A program made the translations under genes and the position numbers. A stretch of DNA of 63,025 bases, filler included, from Basidiobolus meristosporus CBS 931.73 (lineage: Eukaryota > Fungi > Basidiobolomycota), in assembly GCA_002104905.1 (NCBI GenBank). It is 3 parts of 3 records of this genome, joined end to end, with 100 filler letters (N's around TTAATTAATTAA, not from the genome) between each part and the next. Parts side by side here need not be neighbours in the genome. Positions count along the whole stretch, not along the records: positions 24,736 to 50,189 come from MCFE01000930.1; 2 more parts are not named here. One strand, 5' to 3'. This document shows positions 34,118-43,969 of this stretch, one piece after another (within the stretch, counting starts at the first letter, position 1; each line of letters starts with the position of its first letter). The notes beneath the pieces are model-generated. The model saw only the letters and a list, made by a program, of their open reading frames with translations, was not told the origin of the DNA and searched no databases.

Positions 34118-34466
34118 TGTTTCAATATTCTGAGAGGTATTGGAAGTGATGTGGAGAACTAGAGGATTTACATATTTTTCACCTGTAGATATATTGATCA
34201 AAAGTATGGTATTTATACTTTTGATAAAGTAGAGCAGACCAACATAAAGAGTTTGTTGATGAAGGTCCTAAGAATATGTGTGCAAAGCTTGGGGGCTTTT
34301 GGACAACTTTGAGAAAGTTCATAATCTTGGTACCTGAAATGTTGGTGAAAATATTCCAAGTAAATCCCAACAAGAAATTTGGTCAGGACAGAATGCCAAT
34401 CAAAGAATAACATCTATGTGACTAAGTTGGCATGAATATTTAGGTGACAACTTAATAATTACAACA
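34118..34466 (-). repeat. Copia-family LTR (variant subfamily)
   Basis: Closely matches 31599-31943. No TSD found. Confidence 0.7.
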
Positions 34467-35613
34467 GCTTAGAAAGATCATGTAAGACCATGATTACAAC
34501 TATTATATTGAATTAATGATTGAGTAAGAATCACATGATCTACTTGTCCCAATCACTTCCATCAACTTCAAAACTCCAACAACTGAATATCGTTGTTATT
34601 ATTGTGGGGCTTGTACTGGCCTATGCCCTTACTTCTGACTTGCCAAAAGGCGATTGAGCATCTTGAGGCTCAGGAGCTTGCGTGAAGTTTGAGGGATATT
34701 ACAAAAGACTGAGTAAACCGGATGTATTCATTTGATCTTCACCTAGTGATATGTTGACTGGTGTGGTTGTGTCGATAAATCTCCAAGGTCTTGGAATGGC
34801 AGACATGTAGAATCAGTTGATGCAAATATTTCGGTGTAATCCGAAATCCACCACGTATCCATCCGGTGGCTCAAAGTCCCAGCCGAGTAGACACCGTTGC
34901 GTGTGAGTGTTCCGGAGTTCAAGCACATTTATTGCCTGACCCGTAGGTATAGGACGTCAAGTAAAGTATGCGTCCGTTATTTTCCGGTCTTTGCATGATC
35001 GGTGGTACTTGCCTGGCGCCCGATCACGGTAGTAGGAGGATGTTCAAGTCAGCGTGGATCAAGTGTTGCAAACCATTCACGAGTTATCTCGGTATCCTAA
35101 CGATGTGCATACTGTGGAATCCCCTCCGACGACCAACGAATCCTGGGCTTGTAGTCCGGGTGATCGAGGCCGAACAGAGTCGCTCTGTGCAGAAGTACTT
35201 CTCCTTGGGTTTCTTTCGCCACAACTCGCTAACAAGCATGAATCTGTCCACCGCAGTCCAGGATCTATGCCATCCGCATATAGCCATCCACATATAGAAC
35301 TGAACCCTAGAAATCCCACGCCTTGGACTTCCTACTGGTGCTTGCTCGACTAACCAAAACATACCATTCAGGACCAGATAGGTGAGGCCGATTGGTGGAC
35401 CAAGTGTCCACGTCCGTTCATTGGAGGGGGAGAATTTTTTCGGCGGCTCTTCGGGGGGAACCAATGATAGATGGTTTATGTGGATGTGGATGGTTTATTT
35501 GTCTAGTATAATCACAACGGGTGGGTATGGCGGTATCTTAATACATTTAGTGGTGATAGTGGCGGCGGCGGTGACGGTTGGAGACAGGGACGAGGGGATG
35601 TACAGGTGGGAAG

Positions 35614-36726
35614 TTAGCCGGAGAATTGCCACCATTCGGCACGCACGGGGGTGACCCCGGAGTCGATCAAGGCCTGCTCCTTCTTGACCTCGGCCTCGGA
35701 CTTGAATCCGTGGGGGTTGGTCTTCTGCCAGCGCCAGAGATCCTCGCACATGTCGTTGAGGTCGCGTTCAGCCTTCCAGTGAAGCTCCTTGGCAGCGAGG
35801 GCGGGATCGGCCACGACGCTACCGACATCTCCCGCTCTGCGCTCCACGATCTTGTAGGGCAACTCGCGGCCCACCACCTTGGACATCGCCTTGCACATGT
35901 CCAACACAGAGTACCCGTTCCCGGTACCCAGGTTGTAGATGACGCAGCCTGGGTTCTGGGTCAAGCGCTCCAGAGCGGCGATATGGCCCAGAGCCAAATC
36001 CACCACGTGGATGTAATCGCGTACACCGGTACCGTCCGGGGTTTCGTAGTCCCCGCCGAAGACCTTGAGATAGGGCAAACGGCCTACGGCAACCTGGGAG
36101 ATGTAGGGCATGAGGTTGTTGGGGATTCCCTGGGGATCTTCACCGATTCTGCCGCTGCGATGGGCACCCACGGGGTTGAAGTAGCGGAGGAGGGCGGCGT
36201 TCATGGTTGGGTCAGCCTTGTAAGCGTCGGTGATGATCTCCTCAATGTAGAGCTTGGTACGGCCGTAGGCGTTGGTGCAGCCGGTCCTGCATCCCTCGTG
36301 CAAGGGGAGGACCTCTGGGTCACCGTAGACGGTGGCAGAAGAGGAGAACACGATGTCGGTGACCTTGAATTCCTGCATCAAACTCAGCAAGACCAAGGTG
36401 GACATGATGTTGTTGTGGTAGTAGGTCAAGGGGATGATGGCGGATTCGCCGACCGCCTTGTAGCCGGCAAAGTGGATGACTGCGGAGAACTCGTACTTCT
36501 CGAAGACCTTCTTGAAGTTCTCCCGGTCGCAGCAATCCACCTTGTGGAAGGGGATATCCTTACCGGTGATCTCTTCTACTCGACGCAGAGACTCGGAAGA
36601 GGAGTTGCACAGGTTGTCAACGACCACCACCTTGTAGCCCCTCTGGAGCATCTCCAGCACGGTGTGACTACCGATGTACCCGGCACCACCGGTAATGAGA
36701 ACATACTTTTGCTGATCGGCACCCAT
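35614..36726 (-). CDS. GAL10: UDP-glucose 4-epimerase (epimerase-only GalE), 370 aa, intronless
   Basis: VLITGGAGYIGSHT Rossmann motif, HFAGYKAVGES, FSSSATVYG, YGRTK (YxxxK), LRYFNPVGAH, GEDPQGIPNNLMPY and DGTGVRDYIHVVDLA. Confidence 0.97.
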   Translation of the reverse strand: MGADQQKYVLITGGAGYIGSHTVLEMLQRGYKVVVVDNLCNSSSESLRRVEEITGKDIPFHKVDCCDRENFKKVFEKYEFSAVIHFAGYKAVGESAIIPLTYYHNNIMSTLVLLSLMQEFKVTDIVFSSSATVYGDPEVLPLHEGCRTGCTNAYGRTKLYIEEIITDAYKADPTMNAALLRYFNPVGAHRSGRIGEDPQGIPNNLMPYISQVAVGRLPYLKVFGGDYETPDGTGVRDYIHVVDLALGHIAALERLTQNPGCVIYNLGTGNGYSVLDMCKAMSKVVGRELPYKIVERRAGDVGSVVADPALAAKELHWKAERDLNDMCEDLWRWQKTNPHGFKSEAEVKKEQALIDSGVTPVRAEWWQFSG

Positions 36727-37484
36727 GTTTGTTGCTATGCGCTTTTTTGATGGCTCGGGGGGAGATTCGGTGGGTATTTATATGCGCGACGAATACTCTG
36801 GATTTGGCGCGGTCGCTGGTGAAAACGGAATCTCTCCAGGGAACGACACCCCTATCTCCAGAAGCGCCGTCCAGATTTGGCAGGTGGTGCAAATTTGCGC
36901 CAAGAATGGAATCCGCTCGCAGCACCGCCAGTGGCTTGCACCATGGACGTGTAAGCAGATGGATAGATGGTTTTAACCTCGATTGCCATTCACAGACGAC
37001 GAAGTTCCGCGGGCCACTGAATGGGCCTGCTGGTGACTTTTGGATATATCGAAGAGACGGATTGGGAAGCCGCGGCACCAAAAATGGGATTGTTATGGAT
37101 AGGGGTAGGGTTGCTCGTAGCTAATGGTTGATTTCGTCAAGGCCTGGAAGGGGAACGCTAGGTTCCCTCCAAAGCATACGGATTGGAATTACGTAGATGT
37201 CTACGTGGTGGCCTGCCTCCATAACAGGCTTGATTCATCCAAATCTGCACCCGATATGCCAATTTGACCATGTTCGTCAGTATCGGAAGGGACCGCATTC
37301 GGCCAACAGCGACGGGGATTAGGTTCTATTGAATCCATGGATTTAGGCTTATTTCGATCGCTCTGCATTGCCTTGGATACCCAGATTGGTCATGGGCCGC
37401 CACTGACAAGCCTCAATCATGACGGAGACATATAAAAATGGTTACCTCTCCGAAGATCCCAACAGAAACCCACTTCCCAGAATC
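36727..37484. promoter_or_regulatory. Bidirectional GAL10/GAL1 promoter region
   Basis: Divergent starts 758 bp apart. TATAAAA at 37431, GATTGG (reverse CCAAT) three times, and no CGG-N11-CCG found by eye. Confidence 0.7.
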
Positions 37485-39084
37485 ATGTCTCAAGATTTCG
37501 TACCAGTCGCCCACTCTGTCGCAGAGATCTATGCTCAATCCAGAGTGGACCACGAGATGTAAGTGGCGGTCTCCGGTCTTGTCGCCATCTCTGCTAGTTG
37601 CTAACCGGAAATTTTCTAGGTCCCGGTATCGCGCCTTGGTCGACCGCTTCAAGTCGATCTACGGCTTCGAGCCCGAGTTTGTCGCCCGTTCCCCAGGTCG
37701 CGTGAACATCATTGGTGAACACATCGATTATGCCGGCTTCCCCGTCTTTCCCATGGCTGTGGACCGGGACTGCTTGATCGCCGTTGCCACCACCGCCACC
37801 GACTGCAAGGTTCGTGTCGCCAACACCAACTCCGCCAAATACCCCAACCGCGAGTTTGAATACAACAGCGATGACATCGTCTTCATCGATGACACCATCC
37901 ACGAATGGACCAACTACTTCAAGGCCGGCTACAAGGGAATGCTAGAGAACCTCAAGATGAAGGAGACCCCAGCCGGCATGTTCTGCCTGATGGACGGGTC
38001 CGTTCCATCCGGCGCTGGAATGTCCAGCTCCTCCGCCTTCGTCTGTGCCTCCGCCATCGCCACCATGACTGCGAACAAGAAGCAGCTCACCAAGACGGAC
38101 ATTGTTCAGATCTCCATTGCCTCCGAGAGATACGTGGGTGTCAATGGTGGTGGCATGGACCAGACCGCATCGGTCATGTCGAACGCCGATTCGGCCACCT
38201 TCATCGAATTCCAACCCAAATTCCGCACCACCCCCGTCAAATTCCCCTCCACCAACCCCTCCATTTCCTTTGTCGTCGCCAACACGTTGGTAACGGCCGA
38301 TAAGGTGGTCTCAGGCCCTGTTTGCTACAATCTGCGTGTTGTTGAGACCAGAGTGGGGGCCAAGATGTTGGCCAAGGGATTGAAGCTGGAGGACGAAGCC
38401 ATCGGCACCTATAAGGAAGTGATGGACGCCTACTTCCGCACCCAGCAAGAGCCTGAATACTCCACTGAGACTGAACAGTGGATCCATCGGTTGACGAAGA
38501 TGCTCGAATTGGTTGATCTGCACATCACCAAGCGTCAAGGGTACACCAAGCAGGAGATGGCCCAAGAGATCGGTTTGACCGAGCAGGAGCTCCACGACCG
38601 CTTTATGTCCAAGTTCCCGGTCCGCGCCGACCTCTTCCAAATCTACACCCGTGCCGTCCACGTCTACTCCGAATCCCTCAGAGTGGTCAAGTTCCGGGAC
38701 ATCTGCGAAAGCAATAGATCCGAGGTGATCGATAGCGAGGCTATTTTGCGCCAACTTGGCGAGCTCATGAACGAGAGCCAGTACTCCTGCCGCGACAACT
38801 TCAACTGCTCCTGCCCCGAGCTTGAGGAGTTGACCACCGTTTGCCGCAAGGCTGGTGCTTACGGTTCGCGGTTGACTGGTGCCGGTTGGGGAGGCTGTAC
38901 CGTCTCCATGGTCCCAGAAGACAAGGTCGAGTCATTCATCGAAACTGTGAAGAATGAATACTTCCGACAGAAATTCCCCGACTTTTCCGAAGAGCAACTC
39001 GACTCCATCATCTTCTCCTCCCGACCATCCAGCGGAGCGTTCATCTACAAGAAGCATGCTGCCGTGAACCCCATCGGAGGATAA
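37485..39084 (+). CDS. GAL1: Galactokinase, 512 aa; exons 37485-37558 and 37620-39084
   Basis: SPGRVNIIGEHIDY, PSGAGMSSSSA, GGMDQ and GSRLTGAGWGGC motifs. The 61-nt intron (GTAAGT...GCTAAC...TAG) restores the frame from the ATG at 37485 (MSQDFVPVAHSV...). Confidence 0.95.
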
Positions 39085-39332
39085 ATGGCCTTCATCAATC
39101 ATCATTTGCAATGTATCCATAGTAGTTTCATCACCCAAATCGATCTATTCTCAATAAATCTCTTCCAATAACAAGCCACCCTAATCCCTGGATTTTATTA
39201 ATACCCACCAATTGTCGATTCGGCCATCATGCTCCGAAGGTACACACACCTGGCCAGTCAGGTCTCACGTCCTCATTCCAGACCAACGCACCTACGAAAG
39301 CTGGCTGAGTGGAGCGCGATGCTAATTAAAGC

Positions 39333-39387
39333 GAAGAGGCAACTTCCAAAACCAACCGAAGCAAAGAGGCAACTTCCAAAACCAACC
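39333..39387. repeat. Tandem duplication of a ~30-bp unit (AAGAGGCAACTTCCAAAACCAACC)
   Basis: Seen directly in the GAL1-MPG1 intergenic region. Confidence 0.8.
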
Positions 39388-39769
39388 ATGCCCATGTGGA
39401 GAAACCGATGACAAACATGTCGATCCTTCTGGATGGATCGATTTGGCTTAATCCGGATGAACTCTGCATCAAGTAGGGTTGTCTTTGTGTAAGACCTTGA
39501 CAGTGCCCAGATCGTTCGTCGGGTAAGGGAAATTCTGTGATTTCTGCTTCTTGGAGACCAAGTTCCCCCTAGTTTCTGAGCAATCGAAGCATCCCCAACT
39601 CAGTCACTTGACACTTCTCGGTGATTTGCAAGTTGGTTGAAGGGTTGATTGGATAGCATGGCGTGGATGACACTGACCACCTATCTATCCCCCATCAGTT
39701 CCTGCTAATGTTGAGTATATATTCGCTTAGGTGGTGGGGATCCGACGCCTCACTTATTCTGACAACATA

Positions 39770-39860
39770 CCTTTACACACCTTTACACACCTTTCCACTC
39801 CCCCACACCCACTTGCACACCTTTGAACACCTTTCCACTCCCCCACACCCACCTACACAC
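39770..39860. repeat. C-rich short direct repeats (ACCTTTACAC; CACCTTTCCACTCCCCCACACCCAC x2) upstream of MPG1
   Basis: Seen directly. Confidence 0.75.
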
Positions 39861-39878
39861 GCCCTCACCCCTACAACC

Positions 39879-41211
39879 ATGAAAGCACTGATTCTAGTCG
39901 GAGGTGAAACCCGAGTTCCTCTAACCTCCCTTGACTGCGCCACTCACCCATTTCCTTGCAGGTTTCGGTACTCGTCTTCGTCCTCTTACCCTCACTGTGC
40001 CCAAGCCTCTAGTGGAGTTCGCCAACAGGCCTATGATTCTCCACCAGATCGAGGCCTTGGCTCAGGTAAGCCGATTCGTTCGGACGACCCTCCACTTGAA
40101 CCCAGTCACTGAAGAAGAGTCTCCATGTAGGCCGGAGTGACCGACATAGTGCTGGCGGTGAACTATCGCCCGAAGACCATGGTGTCCGTGCTCGAGAAAT
40201 ACGAAAAGGAGTACGGGGTGAAGATCACCTTCTCTGTGGAGCACGAGCCCTTGGGCACCGGTAAGTGGGTCTGTATGCTCTTGGCTGGCCTGTGTATTCA
40301 CCTCAGGAATAGCTGGCCCCTTGGCGCTTGCCAAAGACCTCCTAGGCCGGGACGACACCCCGTTCTTCGTGTTGAACAGCGACATCATATGCGACTATCC
40401 CTTTGAGCAGCTGCGCGATTTCCATCGTCGCCATGGCGGAGAAGGCACCATCGTCGTGACCAAAGTGGACGAGCCTTCCAAGTACGGGGTCGTGGTGAAT
40501 CACGCGGGGTACTCCACTATCGAGCGCTTCGTTGAGAAACCCGCGGAGTTCGTCTCCAACAAGATCAATGCCGGGCTGTACATCTTCAGCCCCAAGGTTT
40601 TGGAACGTATCGAGGTAAGCAACAGTCAGGCAGTCCGACCGTGGCCCTTTCGATCACCTGACCTCTCCTCATCACCCTAGCTGAAGCCCACCTCCATCGA
40701 GAAGGAGGTCTTCCCCAGGATGGCGGCTGACTCCCAACTGCACTCCTTTGACTTGGACGGATTCTGGATGGACGTCGGTCAACCGAAGGATTTCCTCACC
40801 GGCACCTGTCTCTACCTTTCTCACCTATCGAAGCGGAACCCCGAGAGCCTGGCACCCGCCTCAGAGCCGTATGTCAATGGCGGGAATGTCCTGGTCCATC
40901 CCAGCGCCAAGATTGGCCAGGGCTGCAAGATAGGGCCCAACGTGGTGATCGGTCCTAACACTGTGATAGGGGACGGAGTGCGTTTGCAACGATGCGTGCT
41001 GCTTGAAGGGGCCAGGGTAAAGGACAACGCTTGGATCAAAAGTGCCATCATAGGCTGGCACTCCGTTGTAGGCAAGTGGTGCCGCCTAGAAGGGGTTACC
41101 GTACTTGGAGACGACGTCAACATCAGCGACGAGATTTATGTTAACGGCGGCGCCGTTCTTCCTCATAAAGGCATCAACGCCAACGTGCTAGAGCCTCAGA
41201 TCATAATGTAA
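39879..41211 (+). CDS. PSA1: Mannose-1-phosphate guanylyltransferase (GDP-mannose pyrophosphorylase), 363 aa; exons 39879-39903, 39962-40065, 40131-40260, 40313-40614, 40681-41211
   Basis: Spliced product [28 protein letters not shown]...EPLGTAGPLALA...FFVLNSD...[12 protein letters not shown]...[12 protein letters not shown]...[13 protein letters not shown], with a C-terminal hexapeptide beta-helix. All four introns are GT-AG and keep frame. Confidence 0.96.
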
Positions 41212-41386
41212 TTTGACCGAATGTCCGTATCCCCCCTCCCACATCAGCCCTCTTCGCTTACAACCAATTGTCCTATGTAACCGTTCAGGAGCCACATGTA
41301 TATTAGTCACCCATCCCCATCCTTATCCCGATGCCGATATCTAACCCCACCCGTTTGTAATAAAGCAGTACCGTATCGAGGCTCGT

Positions 41387-41743
41387 TTATTTATAAAGCC
41401 TGTAGGCAGCAAGCGCGATGAAGCCTAGGGAGGGAAAAGACTCGAAATTAGCCAAGCGAGCGTTGGAGCAGGAAGTAGACACTGGACAGTACCTAGACCA
41501 ATCAGCCTCAAGTTGGTGCGTCTTCTCACCAAAGAGGGGTCAAGCTTTGAGGCCTCATGGATGAGATAGCCACCTACACCGGTGAACGCAACGGCACCGG
41601 TCAACTTGCACGGCAAACAGTCTTCGTACACCACCTTCACCTTCGCCTGGGTCTGGTCGTCCTGAGTCACAAACAAGTCACACACGTCAACCAAGCGCCC
41701 TCAAGAAATCACCACCTATCCCACTTACTTTCGAGTCGGACAT
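41387..41743 (-). CDS. Small DUF4536/DMAC1-like membrane protein, 73 aa; exons 41743-41729, 41661-41493, 41424-41387
   Basis: Spliced product MSDSKDDQTQAKVKVVYEDCLPCKLTGAVAFTGVGGYLIHEASKLDPSLVRRRTNLRLIGLGFIALAAYRLYK. It has EDCxxC followed by two hydrophobic segments, and both GT-AG introns keep frame. The family name is from recall. Confidence 0.72.
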
Positions 41744-42157
41744 TTCTCCACGAAGAATCCAAGCCCACGCAACCTCGCCCAGCAGAAATTTCACCGAAAA
41801 AAAAATGGTGGCCAACGAGGCAGACAGATGATTCGCTGGAACCCGACCACTCTAGATCTCCATGGATGGAGTGGTTTGATGGTGCCACCAGTCCCATGGA
41901 CACGAAAATTCCTCGATGTTTTTCGTACGTGAATGGGCGAATTTGTTTTCGTGTCGGCTATCGCCAGGGTAGTGGTTGGCTGGACACCCCCAGTCGCCGG
42001 ATTCCATTGGTCGAGACAATGTTTACGCTTGGGGGCCCGGGGGTATATGAGAGGAATTGTGGGTTATCAAAGGGATATTTCATATATCTCGAAGCCTCTC
42101 TGCCCGACCCTCCTGTCTGAAACCCCACCACCCTCATCTTATTCCCTCACCTACACA

Positions 42158-43756
42158 ATGGGACTCACTGAAAAGTCTTACGAAGCCGAAGTGGACGGAT
42201 ACAATCAAGTCTTCTTGGGTAGCACCGAGGAGCAGTGGGACAAGCGGCGCGATGCCATCAACAACCTCCGATCCTCGCTGAAGGAAGCGGTGACGTTGCG
42301 CAACTTCATCCCCGTCTGTTTCATCGTCTCCACTCAGATCATCGAGTGCATCAAGAGCGAACGCACCCAGCTCTGCAATTTGGCCATGGACTACGTCGAG
42401 GAGATCGCCAAGCATGCCAAATCGGAGTTCGACCCTCTGGCCGAGTACTACCTGGCTAGCATCCTGAGAAACTGCGGACGTACCAACAAGATCGTCAGAC
42501 TCAAGGCAGGCAACTGCTTGGCCTCGATCATGTCGAACGCTGGGCCCACCAGCTGGTTCGTCAAAATGCTGAACGAGAAGTCCCACGAGAACAAGGACAT
42601 CCGCGTTCACGTGGCCAAAGCGCTTAGCGCCGTGCTCAAGGACGGCCACGACATCGCCCATTTCGTCGTCCCTATCGAAGAGGCCATCTCAGTCTCCATC
42701 GCCGACGCCTCCCCGGAGGTCCGAGAGTTCGGCATGCAGTCCTACCGGGAGTTCTTCCAAAGATTCCCCGACAGGGAGCAGTCGTTCCGTGGTAAATTGG
42801 ACATCAGCACCCTGAAAACCCTGGAAAAACTCCAGGCCCGCCAGGCCTCCGCCGCCAACAAGAAGAGCCAGCGTCCAGGGATCGCCGAGCTGAAGCGTCA
42901 GATGAAAGCCAAGATGATGGCCAGTGCACCAGCCAGTGATGTGATAATCGTCGCTGATCAACCTGAATCTGCTCCCATTGAGCCAGTCGCTCAAGAACAA
43001 CCGCAACAAGATCCCGAGAACAAACCCGAACCAGAAGTCGCCAACGTTGCTGATGTCTCCACTGCCCCTGTTGAGAGATCTGAGCCTAGACCCCCCTCCC
43101 CTCCGAAGGTTGCACCTCTTTGCAACAAAGTTCCCACCAATGGACCCAGAAGAGCACCTGTTCAGGTGAAGCGTGCAGTCAAGCCACAACCTCCCACAGC
43201 AAGACCCTTGGAGGTGAAGACCAATACTGCATTGTTGTCAAAGCAAACACCCAGCCTACGTAGAACCAACCTCACCATGACTGGTGGTGCCCAGCGAGTG
43301 TTGAAGCCGGTGGAGCCCCTGAAGAAGAAACAACTGATTGGCGATTTGAAGAAAGGATCGATTCCCGCCAAAGCACCCTTGCAATCACAAAACCGCACGG
43401 TCAGGAATCCAATGGTGAAGCCTGCCATCACCCAGCCTACGGCCAAGGTCAACAGCGGCATGCCCACCCCCAACTCCAAGCGTACCTTGAATATCAACAA
43501 AACCGAACTGCCCAAACGGTCCCTCTCCTCCCTCTCGGAACCCATCAACAATGACAACACCAAGCTGCCCAAGCCCACCCGGTTCAACGCGTCCAACTTT
43601 TCGAGACCAACCGCCTCGTCCAACGCCCGACTAGTTGCCACCACCAGCGAAACCCTCAAACGCAAGGAAACCATCGCCCGAGGCCTCTCGGTCAACGGGA
43701 AGCCAAGAAAAACCATCGGGACCACCGGACCCCTCAGGGTGCTACGCAGCAATTGA
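42158..43756 (+). CDS. CLASP_N (TOG-like HEAT) domain protein with a long basic, Pro/Ser/Thr-rich disordered tail, 532 aa
   Basis: EEQWDKRRDAINNLR...IKSERTQLCNLA...EFDPLAE...CGRTNKIV...A...DASPEVRE pattern of CLASP/Stu1 N-domains. The likely start is the ATG at 42158 rather than 41933. Confidence 0.75.
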   Translation: MGLTEKSYEAEVDGYNQVFLGSTEEQWDKRRDAINNLRSSLKEAVTLRNFIPVCFIVSTQIIECIKSERTQLCNLAMDYVEEIAKHAKSEFDPLAEYYLASILRNCGRTNKIVRLKAGNCLASIMSNAGPTSWFVKMLNEKSHENKDIRVHVAKALSAVLKDGHDIAHFVVPIEEAISVSIADASPEVREFGMQSYREFFQRFPDREQSFRGKLDISTLKTLEKLQARQASAANKKSQRPGIAELKRQMKAKMMASAPASDVIIVADQPESAPIEPVAQEQPQQDPENKPEPEVANVADVSTAPVERSEPRPPSPPKVAPLCNKVPTNGPRRAPVQVKRAVKPQPPTARPLEVKTNTALLSKQTPSLRRTNLTMTGGAQRVLKPVEPLKKKQLIGDLKKGSIPAKAPLQSQNRTVRNPMVKPAITQPTAKVNSGMPTPNSKRTLNINKTELPKRSLSSLSEPINNDNTKLPKPTRFNASNFSRPTASSNARLVATTSETLKRKETIARGLSVNGKPRKTIGTTGPLRVLRSN

Positions 43757-43969
43757 TTTGTTGGGATGAACGGGACGAGTAATCGGATGGTGATTTTGTA
43801 TAGTTTCCAATGTAATATAGTATCAAAATAAATTATTTCTTTAGTCGATTGAAATCATTCCCAATCCCGCTTGGACCAGCTTGGACCAATGAATCATCCT
43901 TTCGAACAGATCCCTTTCATCTAGCGTGCAGGGAGGATTTCCATCTTCGCTAGGTACCTTTCTTTCACG

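Noticed and set aside
1-34600. RIP-like CpA>TpA mutation in repeats
   Set aside because: CA/TG dinucleotides remain abundant and aligned paralogues mainly show CpG loss. A computed spectrum would be needed, and by eye the pattern fits CpG deamination rather than RIP.
35005-35075. ACTTGCCTGG...GATCACG...TTGCA resembling the U1 snRNA 5' end and loops
   Set aside because: The 5' sequence deviates from ACTTACCTGG, the spacing and stems do not fit U1, and no Sm site was found. It is equally explained as the complement of a CAG|GCAAGT splice donor.
34600-35560. Possible GAL7 downstream of GAL10
   Set aside because: No HPHxQ, RRYNPL or RPW motifs appear in any frame I translated; the single HPH match lacks the surrounding context.
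35578-36750. 390-aa plus-strand ORF over GAL10, and similar antisense ORFs over GAL1, the CLASP-like gene and AQR
   Set aside because: These are shadow frames caused by GC3-rich codon usage and show no protein motifs.
37438-37619. 548-aa galactokinase start in the ORF track (intron read-through isoform)
   Set aside because: The ATG directly abuts the TATA box, so it is probably upstream of the TSS. The spliced model from 37485 has canonical signals and a typical Gal1 N-terminus.
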